Virus record (IMG/VR): IMGVR_UViG_3300035698_000446 | Source: an uncultured virus (IMG/VR IMGVR_UViG_3300035698_000446) | Taxonomy: Duplodnaviria; Heunggongvirae; Uroviricota; Caudoviricetes | Direction: 5' to 3' (one strand) | DNA length: 20,000 nt | Shown: one piece after another, positions 1 through 10,600 of the stretch | Layout of the letters: the number at the start of each line of letters is the position of its first letter | Numbering within the stretch: position 1 is the first letter of the stretch | Notes under the pieces: model-generated | What the model saw: only the letters and a program-made list of their open reading frames with translations | What the model was told of the DNA's origin: nothing | Databases searched by the model: none | Made by a program: the position numbers and the translations under genes

Positions 1-1
1 A

Positions 2-1597
2 ACCGGAACGCCAAACAACGCCGGAGACAAGTATTATATCTATGCTGAAATCATTGAGGTCTTAGCAGATGGAACCAATGGTGGTGAAGGTAATTTAGCC
101 AATGGCAGTGGCCCAATAACATTAAATCAGATTGTTCCAACAGGTGCAGAGGCTATCCGGGTATTTCCAGTATTTAATAATACATTAACTACTGCTGTGA
201 CTACCAGTATGGTTGACTATATACAAGCATTCAAAGACTTTGGTCTGCGCTACGATGTAACCACATCAGCCTGGACTATAATAACACCGGAAAATATGAA
301 CAACGGTGCGTTTAATCTGTCAGCCGCAGGCAATACTAGTTCAGCTGGTCTTGATTCTAGTTGGTTAATTAGATTCCAAACAGTGGGGCAAACATATTCA
401 GTCTATTATAGAGGGCTCCAATACGTATTTGAAAGTGTCAGAGAAACTAATTTCTATTTTGACGAAGCCGTTAAAATATACGACCCACGAACAGGATTTA
501 CCATACGTGATCAGATCAATGTATTAAAAATGAATACAAACCCAGATGATTCTAACCCATTGGCATTAGAATACCAATGGCACATTTATGACAATGTTGT
601 CGAAACAGATGGGTATTCTAATCCCAATAAAGTATTAGTTACATTCCCTGATTCAAACGATGATGGTGTTCCAGACAATCCAGAACTATTTGAAATACTG
701 GTAAGTCCTACTACCTTAACAGCTCAGAAATATGTCTATTTCCAAAATACCTATGGCTACGATAATTTTGTTATACAAACGTCAGTGAGCAACAGTTTAG
801 TAGTTAGTACATATAATTCTCTTGTTGCCCTTGAAACTGCAAAAACTCTTTATCAACATGGACAATTATTTTATATTCCAAGTACTGACAAGTTCTATCA
901 ATTAGCAATCAGTGGCGCAGTTTATACAGTGTCTGTGGTTACTGGATATACTGCTAAGGTAGGAAGACAAGACATATACTTCCAATATAGACACAGCAGT
1001 CCAAATAATAGACGTATTGATCCAAGCCCAAATAACATTGTTGACTTGTACATACTAACTAAATCTTACGCCACAGACTATCTTGCTTGGTTGCAGGATA
1101 CAACTAACACAGTTGTCCAACCAACAGCGCCTACCCCAGAGGTCTTAGGAACAGACTATAGCAATCTAGAGAACTATAAGACAGTGTCGGATACAGTGAT
1201 ATATAATCCTGCTAAGTTTAAACCTATCTTTGGTGGCAAGGCAGAACCTGCACTGCAGGCAACGTTTAAAGTAGTCAAAAACTCTAGCGTGGTTGTCAGT
1301 GATAATAACGTGAAGACTAGTGTGATTGCGGCAATCAATACTTACTTTGATTTAAACAATTGGGACTTCGGAGAAACATTCTACTTCAGTGAACTAAGTG
1401 CGTACCTCCACAGCGTGTTGGCTCCGAACATAGCCAGTGTGACCATAGTTCCAAGCAGTGCAACCGAAACCTTTGGTAGTCTCTTACAGATCAATGCAGA
1501 GTACAATGAGATTATCGTAAGTGCGGCCACGGTAGATAATGTGCAAATTATTACAGCTATTACAGCCGCACAACTTAATCAAACCGTGACAGCGTAA
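2..1597 (+). CDS. Probable phage baseplate wedge subunit (T4 gp6-like), C-terminal part; 5'-truncated by the window edge
   Basis: The frame of the 197..1597 ORF is open back to base 2 (TGTPNNAGDKYYIYAEIIEV...), so GTG at 197 is not the real start. The C-terminus (VIAAINTYFDLNNWDFGETFYFSELSAYLHSVL..NIASVTIV) resembles the end of baseplate J/gp6-type wedge proteins. It lies directly upstream of a gp7-like giant gene. Stop TAA at 1595-1597. Confidence 0.7.
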   Translation, partial: TGTPNNAGDKYYIYAEIIEVLADGTNGGEGNLANGSGPITLNQIVPTGAEAIRVFPVFNNTLTTAVTTSMVDYIQAFKDFGLRYDVTTSAWTIITPENMNNGAFNLSAAGNTSSAGLDSSWLIRFQTVGQTYSVYYRGLQYVFESVRETNFYFDEAVKIYDPRTGFTIRDQINVLKMNTNPDDSNPLALEYQWHIYDNVVETDGYSNPNKVLVTFPDSNDDGVPDNPELFEILVSPTTLTAQKYVYFQNTYGYDNFVIQTSVSNSLVVSTYNSLVALETAKTLYQHGQLFYIPSTDKFYQLAISGAVYTVSVVTGYTAKVGRQDIYFQYRHSSPNNRRIDPSPNNIVDLYILTKSYATDYLAWLQDTTNTVVQPTAPTPEVLGTDYSNLENYKTVSDTVIYNPAKFKPIFGGKAEPALQATFKVVKNSSVVVSDNNVKTSVIAAINTYFDLNNWDFGETFYFSELSAYLHSVLAPNIASVTIVPSSATETFGSLLQINAEYNEIIVSAATVDNVQIITAITAAQLNQTVTA

Positions 1598-1626
1598 ATG
1601 AATACTATTCAAAAGATGAGAAAATA

Positions 1627-4600
1627 ATGGCCGCAAGAAAAAGCATAAATTTACTTCCTGGTGTATTTAGAACTGATGTTAACGAAAAGTTTCTAAATGC
1701 TACAGTAGACCAGCTAGTTAGTGAACCATCACTAACAACTCTTTATGGCTATATTGGTCGTCAATTTTCTCCAACATATCAGAAAGGTGATAGTTATGTT
1801 ACTGAAGGAACAACTAAACGTCAGGACTATCAGTTAGAACCGACTACAGTAATAAAAAATACTAAAGACGAAACAACATTCTTTGCTAGTTATTTAGATT
1901 TCCTTAATAAGGTTAACTACTACGGTGGATACACTAATAACCACAGTAGGTTATTTGCCAGCGAATACTACAGCTTTGACCCACAGATGTCATATGACAA
2001 GTTTGTAAATTTTGGACAATATTATTGGTTGCCTAATGGCCCATCCACAGTACAAGTAAACACAGGTGGAGTTGAACTAATCAAAGGTTATACAGTTTCT
2101 CGCAACGATAACCAAAATCAATATGACTTTACTTCTGAAGGAGTACAGAACAACACATTGATATTGGCACGAGGTGGCACATACACCTTTACAGTAAATC
2201 AGTCAGCTGGATTTTGGATTCAAACAGAACTAGGCATAGATGGATTAATTAATGTTACTCCAACAATTAGTAGTAGAGGGGTGTTGGGAGTAGAAAACAA
2301 CGGAGCTAACGTTGGTACAGTAACATTTACAGTGCCACAATCAGATGCCCAAGATAGATTCCTAGCACAAAATACAGTAGCAACTGTTGACTATGCACTT
2401 CCGTTGGCATTTTCTAAAGTACAAAATAGATTACTAAGTTCTTTCTTAGAAGAATTTCCACAGTTTGCTGGACTTGCTGGTCAGTTAGACGGTAAGACTG
2501 TAGTATTTGTTTTACAGGACCAATTAACGAATGTAGAAGATGCGTGGACAGTAGCATACGAGAATAGTGGTGAATCAGTTGAATTTGATTTTGGGGACAT
2601 AGTTCCTGAGGGAAGTAGATACGGCGTGTGGGAAGTACAACTAATTACTTCCGGTAGTGATCAGCTTATTAATATATACCCAACAACTAGTATACCATTT
2701 GATAATAAAGTGTACGTCAAGTCAGGCATAAACTATGTAAACAAAGAATTTTACAAAGAATATACCGCTTTCCTCGAACCAGTTCCAGTTATATCCAGTA
2801 TCTTAGATACGCTATGGATCCAAGACGGTGAGAGAGCAGACATCTACACCAAGATTAAAATCGTAGAGTTTAATAATTTTACCATTGACGTTGACAATGA
2901 TATTTTAAATGAGTCTACATATACCAGTCCCAATGGTATAGAATTTACCAGTGGATTAAAAATACAATTTGACAATGATGTTACTCCTGCCTCATACCAA
3001 GGAAAAACATACTATGTAGAAAATGTTGGAGAAGCAATTAGATTAGTCGACGAAACATTGTTAGTAACCCCTGAGTTGTACAACGACGAAGTAGCAACAA
3101 ACTACCCGTTGCAACGTGTAATGCTGACAAAGTCGACAACAGGAATAATCCCCGGAGGTACAATAATTACAGTTGGCACTAGCTCAATTGAAGTTTACAC
3201 CGATATAGCGATCGGGTCAACAAAGATAACTACCCTTGACTCAATAGCAAACATTGATAAGGGACAAGCAGTAAGTGGGCACAACAGCATAGCCTCAGGA
3301 ACAACTGTTTACGAGGCTTTTCCGGATAAAGTATTTCCAGACTATATCACAATAAAAAGAGACGCATTAGATCTAAATGCATGGTCACGTAGTAATCGCT
3401 GGGTACACTCTGCAGTCATTGAAGCCACAGCAACTTACAATTCTGAGATATTAGTTCTCTCACAAGACTTGCGTGCTCAACGTCCTATAATACAATTTGA
3501 AGGTGACCTGCAACTATTCAACCATGGACGAATTGGTAAGCGGCATATTGATATTTTAGACACTGTAATCACAGACGCTTTTACAGAGCTAGAAGGTAAA
3601 ACATTAACAACAGCATTTGGCATCACATTGTTTGATGGCATGCGTGTACTATTTGCTAACGACAATGATCCATTGGTAAAAAATAAAATATATGTTCTTA
3701 ATTTAGTACAATATGAAGTTGACTCAGATGGTGCACCAGAAGGCACATTCCATATCAACTTAACTAAAGCAGACGATGGTGATGCGGAAGAGTGGGACTC
3801 AGTAGTAGTTGGTGCCGGTAGATACAAAGGCAGTGCCTGGTGGTATAACGGAACACAGTGGAATGAAAGTCAACAAAAAACAGCGGCACAACAAGATCCA
3901 TTGTTTGATGTTTACGATAATAATAATAGAAGTTTGTCAAACACTGACTATTATCCACGCAGTAGTTTTGTTGGAACAAAATTATTTGGATATCAACGTG
4001 GAACAACAGGAACCAACGACAGTGTTTTAGGCTTTCCGTTAAGCTATAGGAGTTTTAATAGTCAAGGTGATATTCTTTTCTCTAACTATTTTAATACTGA
4101 TAAGTTTGATTATGTGATTGACCAAGACGTTACAGAAAAAAGTACTAATATTGGATTCTTGCAGTCTATACAGTCTAATAGGACAACCACACCTAAAAAT
4201 ACTTGGCACACAGTCAACGAACCTAGCAAGCAATATCAGATATTCGCATTTGAATACGACGGAACAAATAATCTATTTGCACTAGACGTTACGCCAAAAA
4301 ATCAAAATGTACATGGGTTCTCAGATACGATTCCTTATGTTAAAGTTTATCAGAATCAAAAACTACTAAAACAGACACAGTGGACTATATCAGCTACAAA
4401 CAAGATAACGCTGAATACTACGTTGGTCCAAGGTGATACTATTAATGCATTAGTTTATAGTGATCAAATTAGTAAAGAAGCATACTATCAAGTTCCTTTA
4501 AACTTAGATCTAAATGCACAGAATACTGATATAACGTCATTGACGCTTGGACAAATTAGAAATCACGTTGTGGCATTAGGAACAAATAGCACGGCATTAG

Positions 4601-7600
4601 TAGGAGACATCCTTGGGCTATCAAATCTAAGAGACATAAGCATCACTGGCCAAGGTGGTAGTATATTACAACACAGTGCACCTATTCCTTATGCTGAACT
4701 ATTCCTGATAGATGACAAAGCAAACTTTGTTGATGCAATTCAATATGCACAGAGAGAGTATGCAAAATTTAAGAACAAGTTTCTTGAGTTGGCGGTATCA
4801 TCTCCAGGCATAGATTCGTCAGACCCTGTCGCTAGCGTTGACATCATACTTGCACAAATAAACATTAATAAGAATGTTTCATCACCATGGCATTACAGTG
4901 ACATGATTCCATACGGAACATTGAAGAACGTTATAACATACAGTGTGTTTGATCCGTTTGTTCTTAGTTATGAAATTACAAATGTATTTTCGTCCACAAC
5001 ATTAACTAACCAAGCAGTGTTAGTATACCTAAATGGCACACAATTAATATTAGGCAAAGACTACTCATTTGATGCCACAAGGCCAGCAGTTACCTTTGAT
5101 GTTAATTATGTGACATTTGCTGTTGGTGACGTAATAACCATGGTTGAATATGCAAATACTGATGGTTCTTACATACCAGAAACTCCGTCGAAACTTGGCA
5201 CATATCCAAAGTTTATGCCAGAGATTATTACTGATGACACTTATAGAACTGCGATCACTGTGATACGTGGTCACGACGGTAGCATTACACCTGCATTTAG
5301 TGATTACAGAGATACCCTGCTTCTTGAATTAGAAAAACGTATCTACAACAACATTAAATTACCAGACAGCAATACATATCAAAATGAATTGCTTTCTGCA
5401 ATGCCAGGCAAGTTCAGAGAATCTGGATATTCTTACTCAGAGGTGTGGAACGTTACATCAAAAGGGTTTATGACCTGGGTTGGCAGGAACAGAGTTGATT
5501 TCAGTACTAACAGTTCATTCCAAAGTAACGAACCGTTTACATGGAACTATTCAAGATTTGTTGATCGCATCGACGGCGAATACCTGCCAGGCAGTTGGCG
5601 TGCAGTTTATCAATACTTCTATGACACCATATATCCACATATCCGACCATGGGAAATGTTAGGTTTCTCAACAAAACCAAATTGGTGGGAAGACCGTTAT
5701 GGCGCAGGACCATACACAGGCGGTAACAAACTGTTGTGGGATGATCTAGAAGCGGGTCGAATATACGGTGGCCCGCGGTCGTTGGTTGACATGGGATCGG
5801 GGGTTGGTATAGATACAAACTATGCTCGTCCAGGACTGTCACAGATTATTCCAGTAGATCAAAACGGATACTTATTAAGTCCAGAGAAAGTAGTGGCGTT
5901 AGCATCAAATTCTATAGATGCCGCAACATCTTGGGCAACCGGACAATTGGGGCCAGTTGAATGGGCGTGGAGAAGCAGTAGTGATTATCCATATGTCTTG
6001 CAACAAGCTATGGCATTACTTAAACCAGCAGTGTATTTTGGCAGATTCATTGACACGTATAATATTCGCTACAATACTAGCTTACGCCAATATCTGACAT
6101 TTGTTAATAATCATCATGTTAGACAGGATGAGATAGTATACAATGGTTATATAGACCCATTATTACCAACAGTCATTAACAGGGGCGCCGGTTATCTAAA
6201 TTGGATCGCTGACTATTTAAAAAATCTTGGCATAACACCGTCAGTAAAAATTAATACAATGCTAGAAAACTATAATGTTAAATTAGCATATAAGATGGCA
6301 GGATTCAGTGATAAGAAATATTTACAGGTTCTAGCAGAGCAAAGCTCACCAACAAGCACCAATGCTAGTATCATGATTCCAGATGAGAACTATGACGTCT
6401 TATTGAATAAGTCAACACCACTTAGCAAATTAACATACAGTGCTGTAATTGTTGAAAAATCAACAAATGGCTTTAGTGTGCGAGGCTATGATTTACACAA
6501 ACCTTACTTCACTATCATTCCCAGTATTGCTAATAATAATGGATATGGCATTACGGTTCAAGACGAAACAGGATATGTCTTCAATGACTATCAGTCTGTA
6601 AAATTAACAGTACCATACGGTTATGAATTTAAGACCATACAGCAGGTAGTTGACTTCCTTATAAGTTATGAGAGACATCTCATAGCACAGGGCTTTACCT
6701 TCAATGATAGAGATGGTGATCTCGGTGAAACACGTAACTGGAAATTAAGTGTTAGAGAATTTTTATTCTGGGCACAGCAAGGATGGAAACCAGGTAGCAT
6801 ATTGGTATTAAGTCCAGTTACAAATAGTATAAAAGTAGTAACACAAGGTAACATAGTTGACGGCATCGAAGACAGTCAACACGGTAGTAAAATCGTAGAT
6901 CAAAATTTTAATCTAGTAAAAAATACTGGATATCAGATTACACGTAGTTCTAATAACTTTAGTGTTACATTATCAGATGACAATGTATTGGCCCTGGTTG
7001 AATTGGCCCTGGTGCAGTATGAGCATGTGTTAGTCTTTGACAACACCACAGTGTTCAATGATGTGATATATCGTCCTGAGTTAGGCAACAGACAATTTAG
7101 ATTAAAACTCATTGGGCAAAAGACAGACCTTTGGGATGGTAGCATGTATGCTCCAGGATTTGTTTACAACAACGAAACCGTACCAGAATGGCAAGTCGGG
7201 GTTGACTATCTTAAAGGCGACCTAATCGTATACAAAGAGCAATATTATGTAGCTTTAAAAAATGTTCCCGGCACGACAGAATTTAATTTTACTACCTGGA
7301 AACAGATACCTAAATCAGAAATAAAATCTGGATTGCTCAGTAACTTCTCAACTACTGCTGTTGAGTCTCAAAGTTACTATGACAGCTACGGCAAGATACG
7401 CGATAAAGATCAGATGGCATACAGTCACGGTCTAATTGGATATAAACCAAGACAGTATCTAGACGACCTAGGGTTAACTGAAACAACACAAATTGAATTT
7501 TATAAAGGTTATATAAAACAAAAAGGAACAAAGAATGCGATTGATGCATTAACTAAAGCAAACTTTAATACACTTTCTAGCAATATTAATTATTATGAAG

Positions 7601-10600
7601 AATGGGCGATTCGCACAGGCGAGTATGGCGCGATAACTTCTAATCCTTATGTTGAAATTGCTCTTGACGAAAAAGCAATATCAGTTAATCCAGCTACTAT
7701 AAAATTTGTTGGAACTGATAATGCTAACGAAGGTAATGGATTAGACACATTTAATCAAGGCCAACTTTATAAATTCTTTGATCAGTCTGGCGCTAAATTC
7801 AATGGCAATATTGCCATCAATAGAGATAGCCACAGTAACTATGACAACGACATCTTAACTGCTGGATATGTTAACATTGATGACGTAGATACAACAATAT
7901 ATGACATAGCTGACTACTCTACGTTAGATAATTTAACTGATGTCATTGGAACAGGATATACAATATGGACTGCTAAAGACTTTACAGGAAAATGGAATGT
8001 CTATAGAGTGTCTGAAACAAACAATCAAGTAGTATTATTAACTAATGCCTTAGATGGTTATGTCACTTGGACGTCATCAGGACAGCACGGACTAGTTAAA
8101 GACGATATATTTTTAGTACGTGGGTTTGATGTTAATTTTGATGGTTTCTATCAAGTGTACAAGACACCCGACCTTAAGAGAGTTACAGCACAATATCTTG
8201 GTAACCCTGACAATCTAGACGATCTTAATACATCCAATGGCACTGGTATGTTGTTTGTGTTAGATAGCCTAAGATTTCAATACATGGAAGATTCTAGGGT
8301 ATTTGGATTAACTGATCCTAAACAAGGGTGGCGTGTAGGTGATAAGATTTGGATTGATAATGACGGTGAAACCACAACGGCGCAAGGGCAACCTTATGAT
8401 GTACCAAGTGGTGGCTGGAAGGTATACGAAAAAACTAAACCGTGGGATTATAAAGAGTCCCTATTAAAATCTAGTTCTGAATATGCAACTAATGGGTACG
8501 GCCAATCAGTTAAATTTAGTTATGACGGACTTTTAGCAACAGTAGGAAGTCCCTTTGCAAATACTGTTCCGTACTATAGTGGTGGTGCAGAAGTGACCAC
8601 TGGTCGAGTTAATACATTTGATAAAAATTATGCAGGCAATCTTGTAGCAGGCACTAGTTTAGTGCCAGCCGCTGGTAATGCAATAGTGGTTACAAGTGAA
8701 TTTGGGCACAGTATTGATCAGGCAGTTGAGAAGGTTGCCATTGGTGCACCTGGTAGCTATGGAAATATTGGTTTAGTATATCTCTACAATAGACCTGCAG
8801 GAACTACTTCATTCAATGAGCCACAGGTACTGTGGAGCAAGGATGTTACCACAACCGGAGATAGATTTGGGTCTAGCATATCACTAAGTGAATATGGTGA
8901 ATGGCTATATGTAGGCGCCCCGGGAAACGACAGAGTATATGTATACGGATTAAACACTCACGTATCATCAGAACAAGATATTGTATCAATTAATAACCGT
9001 AACACCCTACGACTTGACGGTAATGTTGCTGCCTTCGTGGGAGACTATGTTACGTATCCATTAACTGGAGCAACAGCTAGAGTAATATCAGCTGGTAACA
9101 CAATTATTGGAAGTAGCTGGGCATCAAATATTGTAGTTGACACCGCAGTTGGATTTGACATAGGAAATGTAGCGGCTAACATATCAATTAATTCTATCGA
9201 CTCCTCACTGTATGCTGAAACACTTTATAGTGTATCAAATTTGAGTGTCATCGGAACATCATTTACACCATCAGTAGCTAATGCGGCTGATTCACTATTA
9301 GTCAGAAATTCAAACAGGACGTTTATTCCATATTTAGATTATACAGTGAGCGGAACTAGTATTAGCTTTAAAGAAAATTTAACTCAAGACACTTACGTGA
9401 TTACGCAAGCACCTTACTATGTATTAGCTAACGTCATCCAGGGAGAGAGCGGTAGCGCATTTGGGTCCTCAATGGATTCAAGTCTTGACGGCGCACAACT
9501 AGGTGTTGGCGCACCCAATGCTAATGTTTTTGTAGCTGGTGAGTGGGTACAAGGCGCTGGTGCTGTTTATGTATATGACAGAGTTATTGAAGCATTTGCA
9601 AGTACAGGGACATTAACATACACAACAACAGGAACAATCGATTTAGTACACAAAGTGTCAATTGATGGAATTACTGTTGAGGATTACCTTCCACCCACCA
9701 TTGGTGGTACCACCCTAACATTTATTAATCCGCCTGCTTTAGGACAAGTTGTTTATATTGAAACTAATCAGTTCAATCTATTAGAACAATTAATTGGAGT
9801 CGACAGTCTAACAGGTGGTACCGATGCAATACAAACAGGCGCGGCGTTTGGCACTGACTTAACTATTTGTTCTAACAACTGTGCAATCTATGTAGGTGCA
9901 CCTTACTACGACAATGGCACAGCATATAATACAGGCGCGGTTTGGAAATTCCATAACAGGGGCAGGCTATACGGAACTAACACCGGTGAAGCGTTGAACC
10001 CGACATTTACCCCCGGTAACACAATTCGTTTAGACAACTACGAAATAACCCTTACTGGAACAACATTAGACTCGTTAGTTGATGACATCAATACTGCTGA
10101 CATTCTTGGAGTTACTGCAACAAATGCCAATGGATATTTAAAATTAGATTCAGACTCAACAGTTGCTAAAAACTTATTAAGAATATTGTCAGGATCTAGC
10201 AATGGTGTTCTACAAGATGCTGAAATGAAAGTATTTGCATTTATGCAAATCATAGTAAGTCCGCATAATGCCCAAGGCGAATACTTTGGTAACAAAGTAG
10301 TATTGGCACAAAATGCTTATATGTTAGTAATTGGTAGTGAACGTGGCACTACTAAAGCAGACGCTACATTTGACGACAGCGAATTGACGTTAGATGATGA
10401 CAGCACAATCTTTACAGATGACATTAACGGCAGTGGCAGTGTTTATGTTTATGAATTATATGATGACCCACGTAATGAAGTAGAAAATCCTGGTAGGTAT
10501 GCATTTGCACAGCAACTTAATCTTCCAGACATAGACGGTAATGTTTTAACACCAACTGATAGATTAAATTCAGGTGATAGATTTGGGGCAGCCATAGATG

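Noticed and set aside
197..199. GTG start given by the ORF track for the first gene
   Set aside because: The frame is open back to base 2 with protein-like sequence, so the gene starts upstream of the window.
6987..7013. 12-nt direct repeat ATTGGCCCTGGT twice (LALVE-LALVQ)
   Set aside because: Only two short in-frame copies; compatible with a small local duplication or chance, with no functional signal.
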